DNA of 63,447 bases, the filler included, from Octopus bimaculoides (lineage: Eukaryota), in the NCBI RefSeq assembly GCF_001194135.2. It is 7 parts of 7 records of this genome, joined end to end, with 100 filler letters (N's around TTAATTAATTAA, not from the genome) between each part and the next. Parts side by side here need not be neighbours in the genome. Positions count along the whole stretch, not along the records: positions 1 to 7,527 come from NC_069004.1; positions 7,628 to 14,637 come from NC_068994.1; 5 more parts are not named here. The stretch is one strand, 5' to 3'. The notes under the pieces were generated by a model that was not told the DNA's origin, searched no databases, and saw nothing but the letters and a program-made list of their open reading frames with translations. The stretch's first letter is position 1. Every line of letters starts with the position of its first letter. A program made the position numbers and the translations under genes. This document shows, piece by piece, positions 1-10,493 of the stretch.

Positions 1-463
1 TGTATTTGAAAAGCTGAAGACAGCGAAAGCGCTTACACCAAAAACACTCTCCCATCGGGTCCATGTTGATACGTTTCTAAAGATTTCTTCTTTTAATAGA
101 ATTTTTTAATTAAAGAAAATTTTTATGTATGTGGGTACATGTGCATAACAGATTGTACACTTGTTTCTGTGCGCGCATGTATAAATATATCTATATATCT
201 ATGTCTATAAGCGTCGATGTTTATTCACCATGAAAGAACGTATCTATTTCTCAACAAATCTTTCCCGAAATTCACATACAAATCAAAAAAGTGGTGGGTT
301 CGAGATCTCGCTGAGGTGAAACAAGGAGGATTCAAGAAAAGTGATACTGAAAAACTAATAGTTATTATACAGGAGCAGAAGTGTGTGCAAAGCAGAAGTT
401 CAAAACTGCTTGCTCCTTCTGCTTCTGTTTCTTTACCTTTCCTGATTTCTCTTTATCACTTTA

Positions 464-520
<57 letters not shown>

Positions 521-604
521 CACATCACTCACGCGCACACATATTTTTTATTAGACAGCATAGGCACTTTCTCATTTTGGCACGAAGCCAGGAATTTTGA
601 TAAG

Positions 605-745
605 GAAGAATTAAGTCAATTACATCGACCCCAGTACTCAACTGGTACTTATTTCATCAACCCTGAAAGGTATGGAATGAAAAATCGACCTCTGCAGAAT
701 TTGAATCAGAACGTAGCGAGTCGTAATAAGGATCTTACCTGCTCG
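605..745 (-). mobile_element. tRNA-derived SINE, family A (octopus OK-like), partial
   Basis: Shares the recurrent core ACATCGACCCCAGT..CAACTGGTACTTATTT..ATCGACCTC..GAATTTGAA(C)TCAGAACGTA with more than 10 other copies in the window; the plus strand reads the reverse complement of the box-B head. Confidence 0.75.
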
Positions 746-1339
746 CCGCATTCCAAGCAGCCGATATTGAAATACTGTAGTCTTCGATATCCAGTATGCG
801 GTTTCGTTGAGAAAACAGATCTTGAAGCACATAAAGCTATAAATAATTGCTATAAATAGTGAGTTGAACGCCAATCGAAGGCCACCCACATCTCATACAT
901 GAATTAGAATCGGATCCCTAGGCCCATGAAACCGGGAGAAACTGGTAAATGTGACAATTGATTAAAGCAACATTGGTTTAACCCAATGTCACACCTAATT
1001 AAGCCGATTTATAATCAAAGGTTTTCCCAATTGTAAAGATCGTTCCCCTTAGACAGAAAATGTACATCCAGGACCACGTTCCCTAATGTATCAGTCAGTT
1101 ATAAAGATTGTATGTTGTTATTTGAGAGCACTTGACTATTATTTCTAGCAGGTGCAGAGACAACATACAGACTTCCTCGTTTACTCGTAAACTTACGATT
1201 GCGTGGTAGCTTAGCTGCGGATAAAATATTTTCCAGCTGGTCTTTTAGTACATCCCAGACAATAATGTATTATGTATTCTTCGATTTTTAAGAAAGAAGA
1301 ATATGGTTTCAAGGAATTTGACTTCTATTTCCAACAAAC

Positions 1340-2030
1340 TATATGACTAGCTTGCCGACAAAAATGAAATTACCGTCAATCCTGATACATATTCAAAATC
1401 AAAATCTATTATTCTGGGATTTGAGTGTGAGAAAGAGATGGAGAAGCAGGGAAGTAACTCTCTCAATAATTATAAAGATTATAAGGGAAACAACTCAGTA
1501 TGGAAATTTTAGGATTACATAAAACATTATTGATGACGATCTCAGAAAATCAATGAGGGCCATCGCCAAAGAACTTCAGGTGTCAGAGGGGACCATCGGA
1601 ACTTTGGTGCATGAGTATATTTGATACAAGCTGTATGTACCGAGGGGAGGGCAATTCATGTCTGCAAAAAAACGGTGGCAAATTCTTTTATCCGTGACAA
1701 GTGGCTACTTTAACAAGGTTAGGAAGCCTCTCGAACATGACACGGTTTGGCTCTCTCAAATGGAAAAAATAAAAAAAGAAAACTTCAGCCAACATCAAAA
1801 GTCTAACAGGGAAAATGACTGATGGTTATGTGCAGATCTATTTGATGTCGCATGCGTGATGCGCACTAAGTTTCCAGGAACGCTGATGGTTTTAGAAATG
1901 GTGAGTAACGAAGGTCATATCATGCCACCTCTCATTTTTCGAAAGGGTCTTAGAGTTATTACTGCTGGATAGGTTGAGGAGCTGGAAAGTGTTGTTAAAC
2001 CCGGGAGGTTTGAAGTACGCAGAGGAAATC
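1340..2030 (+). mobile_element. Decayed Tc1/mariner transposase fragment, maT/DD37D (Bmmar1-like) type
   Basis: Manual translation across stops and frameshifts gives DDDLRKSMRAIAKELQVSEGTI (HTH) and KxNRENDxWLCAD..VMRTKFPGTLMVLEMVSNEGHIMPPLIF..GLRV; no TIRs recognised. Confidence 0.65.
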
Positions 2031-2407
2031 AGCCAACAAACTGTCGTTTACAATGCGAAGATGATAAGTAAAATTATGAAACTTTAAATGTTTAATGAAA
2101 TAACATAAAATAAAGAAAAATATTTACAATTAAAATCTATTATCTTCTATAAAATAGTGAGGCTTTCGTTAAAGGTTTGAACATAGGTAGTTTCCGGCGA
2201 TAAAATAAAAGAAATAATTGAATATTGATATAATTGCTAAAAAAGAGATAAAGAACAAAAAAAAAAAACAACAAAAACCGGAATCGGTGGAATGTCACCA
2301 AAGAGCCTTCTATACTCTTCTTCAATTGGGGATAAAAACGAGAAAAAGCAATTCATTGTTACGTTTTACAAGATTTTTTCTTATGTGAAATCGTTTGTTG
2401 ACAAAGA

Positions 2408-2462
2408 AACAACAACAACAACAACAATAATAATAATAATAATAATAATAATNNNNNNNNNN

Positions 2463-2501
<39 letters not shown>
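2408..2501. repeat. (AAC)n-(AAT)n compound microsatellite with a 10-N gap
   Basis: Read directly from sequence. Confidence 0.95.
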
Positions 2502-2504
<3 letters not shown>

Positions 2505-2691
2505 CTGAAGTGAAGACTAAGTACATAGTGCGTGTGTTTAATTGGCAAAAGATGACCGTCCTCAAGTATAACAATACAATTTTTTGTCTTCTTTTCGAAT
2601 CCGAAACTATGTAATTGCAATGCAATCTTCGTAACAATACAGTAAGGCCTGTACAAAACTTCAACAAATTTACATACCACAAGTATTTGAT

Positions 2692-2849
2692 GAAGTCATC
2701 TTGCGATTCTTTGTTGCGACATTCTAATAACACGTCTATACTACAAGAGCTGTGACCGCTCAATGCGGAGAAGTAGTAGCTGGACCCGGAGAGACTCCCT
2801 ATCGTACCCTAATGAGTAACGGTACTACTTAAATACAGAGGTCCCGACA
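2692..2849. repeat. 158-bp local duplication, copy 1 (copy 2 at 5428-5585)
   Basis: Identical to 5428-5585 except TA/AT at one dinucleotide; the last 29 bp are the start of the Merlin left TIR. Confidence 0.95.
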
Positions 2850-3043
2850 GTTTATGATGCAATTGAAAGATTTTTTAGGTTAGTATATCTACCTTGTCTA
2901 CTATTACCCATTTCTCAGTAGAAACAAACAAAAATAAAATATATATATATCCAAGGGAAATAACTCTTATGCAATTGTTATAATAACCTCCCTTGATTGA
3001 AGTTTAAAATGTTTTTTAAAGTGATATGTATTTTTTTATTTTA

Positions 3044-3453
3044 ACCTACACTTTTCTCTGCAAAATAGGGGTAGTTTATCCCGTTCAGGCTATATTATTA
3101 GCATTATTCTGCGATTGAGAATTTAAAATCACTTCTTTAACTTTCTAAAAGACATCTCAACGCTTCTAAAAGCAAACTTCATTTGTTTATTTACGTTTGT
3201 CGTAATTTGAATTTAACATGAGAGCGTCTCATAAAGCGAGATTTATATATCTCAATTTGCAGAGGAATTTGTAGTGGGTAGTTTAGCTTAATCGGTCAAA
3301 GCATCGTGACACATAATCATGGGGATGTGAGTTCGAGTCCACAGCTAGCCACCTACAATTTTTTCTCTGCAAAATAGGGGTAGTTTATCCTGTTCAGGCT
3401 ATATTATTAGCATTATTCTGCGATTGAGAATTTAAAATCACTTCTTTAACTTT
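3044..3453. repeat. ~101-bp direct repeat pair (3044-3144, 3351-3453; period 307) bracketing a tRNA-like sequence; possible Helentron/DINE-type central repeat
   Basis: Near-identical CTCTGCAAAATAGGGGTAGTTTATCC..TTAAAATCACTTCTTTAACTTT blocks; nearby AAGGGAAATAACTCT motif (~2953) is also seen in the DINE-like element near 55545. Confidence 0.85.
3276..3354 (+). pseudogene. tRNA-Met(CAT)-like pseudogene
   Basis: Acceptor GGGTAGT/GCTAGCC (6 of 7 pairs), D stem GCTT/AAGC, anticodon stem CGTGA/TCATG with loop CACATAA (CAT at 3312-3314, U33 changed to A), T loop TTCGAGT with a damaged T stem, then A-CC-T and a T-run. Confidence 0.7.
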
Positions 3454-3899
3454 TTAACATAATAGTAATTTGTTGTATCTGGGGAGAGTCATTCTCTTTT
3501 AGTGCCTTATTATTTAATACACTCACCGGTTACGGTTCTACTCATTTACTTATTTAGTTTTTTCTAAAATTTTCGTTGCGTCTTGCAACCTTTTCAATAG
3601 TTGTTGACTCTGTCCGTTATCCGAGCTACGTTCTGTTTGTTTGTTTGTTTGTGCGCATGTTGGTCAGTGTGTGTGCGCATACACATGTGTATGTATGTAT
3701 GTATGTAAGTATGCATGCATGTATGTGTGTGTATGCATGTATGTGTGTGTGTTCATGCATACATGAACACACACACACACACATGCGAGTGGGGAGGGAG
3801 GCGAACGCAGTGGAAGACCAAGATGTCTTACTTGCTTCATCTCATCCTCTGATTTCCACAATGTGTTGCTGCAGCCGCCTTCAACTTCATTGAACAATG

Positions 3900-4087
3900 G
3901 CTCCAGTCTTTACATGCACGGGTAGGCAATACCTAGAGTGTTAATTAACTCTGACAGGTGCTGCTATTCCGAGTCAGAGCAGACCTGGGGATAATAGTGG
4001 TTAAAAGTTGGTTCCACACACCGCAGAACCTTGGAATTCTCTAACCAGAGCTCCATTACCGGATGTAGTTTAATGTCATACCCAGTA
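3900..4087 (-). mobile_element. Probable SINE fragment (GTACTGGGTATGACATTAAACTACATCC... type)
   Basis: Resembles a recalled cephalopod SINE body; only one copy here, so not confirmed internally. Confidence 0.4.
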
Positions 4088-4181
4088 CACACACACACAC
4101 ACATGCACAAACTCGCGCGCGCGCACTCTATACTCGTTCTTCATTGATTGGTTTATTAATATTCTTATTTTATTATCCTTT

Positions 4182-4224
4182 GTCTTAAATCTTTCGTCAC
4201 GCAACCTGTAACCTCTTCAGTGAC
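4182..4224 (-). ncRNA. Partly degenerate type I hammerhead ribozyme (Penelope-type)
   Basis: Minus strand GTCA-CTGAAGA-G-GTTAC-aggttgc-GTGAC-GAAA-GAT-TTA-AGAC: intact core, 5-bp stem II, weak stems I and III. Confidence 0.45.
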
Positions 4225-5556
4225 TCTTCCTCCCACGTGTCTCCTGTTCTATTTAGAACAATAATAAATCTAGAGTGAAGAACGAGTAGATAGAGCGTGT
4301 GTTCATTTGAGAAAAAAAAAATAGCAGCATAAAATAATATACCAACATAAAACGAAAGACTGTCACGCATTCGTCATCGGTTCTTAAGTTAACGCAACTT
4401 CGCTTGAAGAGCGGAAGATGGGCAATACAAAACAAAATACAAATGTTATAATATTAAATGAAAATGTTTTTAGGTGAAATTGAGGTGTAATGGTCATCCT
4501 CTATAATGATATTCTGTTTTATGGAACGCAAAGTTGCTCTTTGTTTATTGTGACGTTGCTCTTACGTCAAGGATATGGAACTGAATTTCATCGCGTTAGT
4601 TTTACCTTTGGCCAAATAGATTGTATAAACTGCAACTAGAGTTTTCTGAACAAAATATAAATAATTCCAGTAGACCATTATTAATTCTATTCGTTCTTGT
4701 CTCTCTCCGTCTGCCACTAGTTTCGCTAAAGGTATCTCTAATTAATCTGATAATTTTCTTTATCTTATTTTATTTTACTCTTTGTATGTATTTCAGTGCT
4801 TAACGATTGCTTAAATGTACAGTTCAATATTAATTTTTAATTACTATTTTAGTATGTCAGAGATCATCCTTCATTTAAGAAGATATGGTATGAGTTGAGA
4901 GAACATGGATGCCACTCAGAGGTCCCTTTGTTGGATCATTTATATTATTTTTGTTAACTTCCTTGTAGTGACTGAAATAATTTTCTTGGAAATGAGTGTT
5001 TCTCAAACCGGCTAATATCAGCCCCAACCAAAAATTTGGTAAAAGTTTTGCGTCTCACCATCACTTCATTAATAAAATAAGATCGTTTGCATCCATGCAA
5101 TTCTTTTACCTTCGTCATGGTGTTGAACAAGTTTAAATATTTTTAAGCTATCTCTTTTTCTTAAACAAACCAGTTTGTCTACCCCACTTTTACTCCTCAC
5201 AACCACCCCTGTCGAAAAACAGTGCTCTAAATTTTAACTGTTTGAACATCCATCCATCCATCCATCTAACCATCCAATTATTCATTTTCGTCACCCACCT
5301 ATCAGAAGAAACCTCCATTAGACTTTCCGGTTGGATTCTCAAGCATGACCAATTGAAACAATGGTTATTATCCAACCATCTCGTTCTCGATCTACCACTA
5401 AATCTCTGCTAATTGGCTCAGCTTGAAGAAGTCATCTTGCGATTCTTTGTTGCGACATTCTAATAACACGTCTATACTACAAGAGCTGTGACCGCTCAAT
5501 GCGGAGAAGTAGTAGCTGGACCCGGAGAGACTCCCTATCGTACCCTAATGAGTAAC

Positions 5557-6089
5557 GGTACTACTATAATACAGAGGTCCCGACACATCTACATAACGAT
5601 ATAACGATATAAGGGGAGGCAATCTAGTTTTACCTTGTGTAAGTCGAAATGGATATATTTCAAGTACAACTATTGCAAACGATCCGAAGAAGTTGGTAGA
5701 CTTTTTCAAAAGTCATGGTGTATACGTACAAAACATTTTAAATGTACGTTGTGTGGACGTGTAATGACACCCTAACCCTAACCCTAACTAACCCTAAAAT
5801 TAACCCTAAAATTAACCCTAATCCTAACCCTGAAACTAACCCTAAAAACTAACCCTAAAAATTAACATTAACTAGCCTTAAAACTAACCCTAAAAACTAA
5901 CCCCAAAACTAACCTTAATGAGTGTGCACTGTAAAAACATCAGATTAAAAGCAGGGGGAAAAATCGGGGTAAAAACAGACGATATTGTAGGGCCCCTTAC
6001 ATCATTAACAGTAGTTTTGATAAAACCAGATTACCTCGCCTTCATATCGTTACGTAGATGCATCGGAACCTCTGTATTTAAGCACTGCC
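5557..6089 (+). mobile_element. Non-autonomous Merlin (IS1016/ISXO2-like) DNA transposon, 533 bp
   Basis: GG...CC termini; ~70-bp imperfect TIRs (5557-5634 and 6019-6089); 8-bp TSD TGAGTAAC (5549-5556) / CGAGTAAC (6090-6097); internal 5649-5769 translates with two frameshifts as MDIFQVQ-TIANDPKKLVDFFKSHGV-RTKHFKCTLCGRVMT, a Merlin-like N-terminus with CxxC. Confidence 0.75.
5770..5918. repeat. Telomere-like (CCCTAA)n and variant (AAAACTAACCCT)n array inside the Merlin
   Basis: Read directly: three canonical units grading into 11-12-bp variants. Confidence 0.9.
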
Positions 6090-6812
6090 CGAGTAACGTT
6101 ACTCCAGAGATCATTCAGAGGACCCCATTTTGGTTACTTGTACTTGCGATTGTACGCATTCAGTCATTACCCAACATTTATAACCATAGATGAAGATAGG
6201 GACAAAAACCGAATGAAGAGAGTTTGTTAATGTAATGAATTCATTAATTTTTATTTGTAATTCCTTAAGAAATTTTATAACATCTGAGTTTTTCTTTTTC
6301 TGTACACAAAGAAATACCTGGATCCGATATAGAACTTCCTAGTTTAACTACATGACTGCTACACAAGAAACATAACTAATATGTATAGTCTACCTGAAAG
6401 TTTGAGGACAGACGCCGACTATGAACACGAGTAAGTTTCTTACTGAAGATTTCTGGTAACTAAATGTCTTTATAGATCAAGTGGAAAGGGATGTTGATAG
6501 AAACAAGAGGAAACCTATAAAACCCTCGTAGCCAGCGGTGGATGATCATGTTATGGCTTAGTAAATTTTTATCTAATACCTTTGTCACATAATTTCTCTC
6601 TCACTCTCTTGTTCTTTCTCCCTCCCCCCCCTCTCTCTCTCTCTCTCTCTCTTTCACCATATATATCAGTTTTTCTTTCCTTTTTCATTTCTTTCTGTCG
6701 AAGAGTGTAGACTCGAAACGTCGCAGACTTTTCCATTCTTCTCGAGCTTTAAACTAACACACCTGCTTGTTGTTCCTTCACCTATCTTCGTCTTTTGTTT
6801 TCTGTAAATTTG

Positions 6813-6847
<35 letters not shown>

Positions 6848-7224
6848 AAAACTCACCTGTGAGGTTTTTGNNNNNNNNNNNNNNNNNNNNNNNNNNNNNN
6901 NNNNNNNNNNNNNNNNNNNNNNNNNNNNNNNNNNNNNNNNNNNNNNNNNNNNNNNNNNNNNNNNNNNNNNNNNNNNNNNNNNNNNNNNNNNNNNNNNNNN
7001 NNNNNNNNNNNNNNNNNNNNNNNNNNNNNNNNNNNNNNNNNNNTTTTTTTTTTTTTTTTTTTTTTTTTTTTTTCTTCTCTCTTCCTTCCAGTTCGTCACA
7101 TCACGGCGTTCAGTATACACATATATTTTTTCACGACTGGCCTTATAGCCCTTCTTGTTTATTTTCAGTTTCGTTTTCCTGTCTTGTTTTCTGTTCGCCA
7201 CTACATTCCTCCGCGTTACAAATT

Positions 7225-7491
7225 TAATTTGTTTCCGCGGGAAGAGCCATTCTAACAATGCGTCCTGCCCTAACTCTTCGAAACGCTTAGTTTTAGAATA
7301 GTGGCAGCTGATGAAGGAAGCGTTCTCTATGTGGCCTGTGTGTTTTCTGTGCTCTGTTTATGTTCTGTTTCTCATTTTCTCCACATTTTGTTGTAACGTC
7401 CTGTACCCAGATACGCATCTATATATACATGTAGATGTAGTTATGCACATACATGTACGTATATATGCGTATACTCACATATTATTTGTAT

Positions 7492-7495
<4 letters not shown>
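7225..7495 (+). mobile_element. Interspersed repeat with hammerhead half-motifs (probable Penelope pseudo-LTR); relative at 61408-61550
   Basis: Shares GTCCTGTACCCAGATA.GCA.CTATA..TACA.GT.GATGT.G.TATGCACATAC.TGTACGTATATATGC with 61408-61550; contains GAAGAG..CTCTTCGAAAC and CTGATGA-AGG..CCT. Confidence 0.5.
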
Positions 7496-7527
<32 letters not shown>

Positions 7528-7627
7528 NNNNNNNNNNNNNNNNNNNNNNNNNNNNNNNNNNNNNNNNNNNNTTAATTAATTAANNNNNNNNNNNNNNNNN
7601 NNNNNNNNNNNNNNNNNNNNNNNNNNN
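7528..7627. other. Artificial assembly spacer 44N-TTAATTAATTAA-44N (12-mer also at 14682-14693, 22893-22904, 39057-39068, 58023-58034, 61352-61363)
   Basis: Identical 12-mer centred in N padding six times (44+12+44 counted at 7528-7627); gives stops in all six frames. Confidence 0.95.
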
Positions 7628-7636
7628 ATATATATA

Positions 7637-7785
7637 TCCGACGGGCTTTTACAGTTTGCGCCTAAAGAATCCACTTACAAAGTTTTGTTCGGTCCGTGGC
7701 TACAGTAGAAGACACTCGTCCAAGGTACCAAGTGGTGGGAGTAAACCAGGGGCCATGTGAGTAAGAAGCAAACTACTACTTATCG
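7637..7785 (-). mobile_element. SINE family B (octopus OR/CORE-type), 5' part
   Basis: Matches the head and core of the copies at 15480-15903 and 38436-38988 (GTAGAAGACACT..CCAAGGT.CC; ATCCACT.ACAA). Confidence 0.7.
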
Positions 7786-8289
7786 CTTATATGTTTACAT
7801 ATTCACATAATTTCTTACCACTAATTTCCTACCAGTATATGAATTAACGTATTTATATCAACATATCAACAATTGTTTTTTTCGTTAGTTTTTTGTTCTT
7901 TTTTAGCATAAATAGAAACTCCGTTGGATTTATAAATATTGGCTGTCTTTATGCATTTGTAATGCTTTGTTTATTCTTCTCACGACAAAATAATGCACGA
8001 TAGGACGTTCCAACTGTTTTCCCAACTGTCATATACTTTTTGCAAATCCTGGATGTATAGATTCGAAAATATTCCGTCGTTGTGTTTATGTCATTGTGAT
8101 ATGACTAACGTCAACGGGTAATGATTGGTTACGAGGACAGAATAATCTCAGATGGTATTAGAACACAGGGTATGCACACACACACACACACATATACACA
8201 TGGACAAACGCTCACTCACTTTTATATGTGTACACGTGTGTATAAATGTGCGCAGGGAAATAAGGAGATAGTCAGAAAGAGAGAGAGAT

Positions 8290-8377
8290 CGGAATTTGAA
8301 CTCAGAACGTAGCGGTAGACGAAATACCACTAAGCATTTCGCCCGGCGTCCTAACGATTCTGCCAGCTCACCCTTGA
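8290..8377 (-). mobile_element. SINE family A, 5' head
   Basis: GGAATTTGAACTCAGAACGTAGCGGTAGACGAAATACCACTAAGCATTTCGCCCGGCGTCCTAACGATTCTGCCAGCTC. Confidence 0.85.
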
Positions 8378-8649
8378 TCATGTGATCATTGCTATCTTTA
8401 TGTATTAATCATTTTAATTTACTTTTTCTCTTCTCCCCTTCTTTTTCCCCTCCCTCCCTCTCCTCTGATATTTTGCGCCTTCGTTGTTCTCTGCTATTTT
8501 CCTTAAATTATATACACAGAATAATAATTAGCTGTATCTCTTTTAATTAAAGCCAATACTCTATTAGTTCTACAATAATTAATCGGTGCTCATTAATCAA
8601 TCTGAAGTAAGTAAATGAATAAGCGACGCTGGAATTTATTAACCATAAC

Positions 8650-9030
8650 ACTTCTTTGATGTACAAAACAATATAACACAATAAATGTTTTTCTCTTTTT
8701 GAGATCAACATTGGCAACGGATTCCAAAAATGTTTTGATAGGGTTAAATGTCATACTTGGCTCCTGATATCTCCTGGTATGTAAGCCTATTGTGCCAGCA
8801 CCAGATTTTTTATGAGTGATTTCACTAATGATATATTTACGTTAAATATGACTCTTAAAACACTTTATAAGTTACATCCTGAATCTGTTATAGTCCCATC
8901 GTCTTTAAGTTTCTTAAATTTTGGTAATGTGGATTCGAAATGTCACTTGTTGAAGAGCTGTTCTTTAATAAGTATATCATAGGTAGTTTGTATATTTGGT
9001 CAGTCTGCAGCGTTGGGAGTTGCGTAACAT
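8650..9030 (-). mobile_element. Highly decayed Penelope-like linker/GIY-YIG remnant
   Basis: Broken translation KEQLFNKxHFESTL..KFKKLK..NLV..AYI.G resembles the PLE linker and endonuclease start; many stops. Confidence 0.3.
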
Positions 9031-10169
9031 ATATATATTTATAGATGACGCGCATACTGCATACTTAATTGTACCGTGTTTAAGTCACACTAAAACTCTT
9101 AATGAAGCAACTGTAACTGCACCATATACTGCATTTGTCTGTTTTTATTATACCTTCACAAACATTTATACATATTTATATTCATATATGTATGTGCATA
9201 CGTATGTATACATACATACATGCAAACATATAGATGAACAAATATTTAGCAATTATATCGAAAATTTTCGGGCAAATAGTGAAATCAGCCAGATTTAGAG
9301 ATACAATATACCCAATGTTATATAAATATATCTAGTAGTAATAGGAGACAATTCAATATAATGTAAGGCTATCTTTTGAAATACATACAATTTCAATATA
9401 ACCAATTTCTGTCTTTAATTTGAAATGTCACTTTTATTACCTTTGCATACATACAAACACACATACATATATACATACATAATACATACATACACATGTA
9501 CGCACGTACATACTAAAATATATATGCGCAAACACACACACACATATATATATATATATATCTTGTTTTTCATATACATACATGTGTATATACATATATT
9601 TATGTATGTGTGTGTGGGTACGTGTGTGACTGACTTCAGATATTGAGTTCTGTCTTACTTTGATCGTCGTTTAATCGAGTATGCAATATCGAATTCACGC
9701 TGCCATCAATGCCTGTACGTGTGTGTGTGTGTGTGTTTTACAGAATTTTTCTGCATCCTTCTCGATAGAAATACGATACCATTATTAGAAATTTTATAAA
9801 ATTTTCCATTAAACTGTCGCATTAATATCTTACATTTGGTTAGGTACGTGTTGATACGTTTTCTGCTCACTGGTCCTCATCGAATGTAATTTTTAGAAAG
9901 TCTTACCAATTGATCAGAACATTATAAGCGACATGCTTGCTTAGTTGTTGCGCCAACAGGAAACGGTGTTTCCTAGGGTTAAATAACAGTAGCGTATTTC
10001 CCTTTCATGGGACTGTCACATTAAGTTGATAACAAACTATCACTTTATCGGGCTGCTACTGCATAAATCTCTCTGAGAGATTTATAAATATATTATTTCA
10101 ACACTATTTTACTTTCACAATATTAAAAACTGGAAAATGTTGTTTAAACAATATAAAACTATAACGTAG

Positions 10170-10333
10170 ATGCACAAACGTTAGCACGCTGAGCAAAATA
10201 CTTCACGTTCTGAATTCAAGGTGGACTTTGCCTTTGATCATTTAGGGGTCGAAATGCTGAGGGCTGGAATCGATATAATCGACTTAACTACCCATCCCCG
10301 AAATTTACTGGCATTGTGCCAAAATTTGAAATC
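10170..10333 (+). mobile_element. SINE family A
   Basis: CGTTAGCACGCTGAGCAAAAT..GACTTTGCCTTT..GGGGTCGA..ATCGACTTAA..GGCATTGTGCCAAAATTTGAAATC. Confidence 0.8.
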
Positions 10334-10493
10334 AGTATATCTACATCTATATTTTCAAATAACTTCGTTTTACTTTTGTAATATTAGAAACTGGAAATTT
10401 GTAGTTTAAACAATCTGAAAACTATATAATATATTCTAGATGCTTCATCAAGTGATTCTGTCAGCTCACCACCTTTTCACTTGCTGTAACATC

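Noticed and set aside
14-34. CTGAAGA-CAGC-GAAAGCGCTT hammerhead-like minimal core at the window start
   Set aside because: Stem II has no pairing and the flanks cannot form stem I; may be chance or a very decayed relic.
217-600. 127-aa ORF
   Set aside because: No recognisable domain; its length is inflated by (CT)n and it starts at a non-ATG codon.
2747-2849. Pseudoknot-like pairing (AGTAGTA/TACTACT and GGACC/GGTCC) suggesting an HDV, twister or pistol ribozyme, or a solo LTR starting TGTCGGG
   Set aside because: Spacing and conserved bases do not fit any of these ribozymes, there is no LTR TSD or PPT, and the 3' half is explained as the Merlin TIR.
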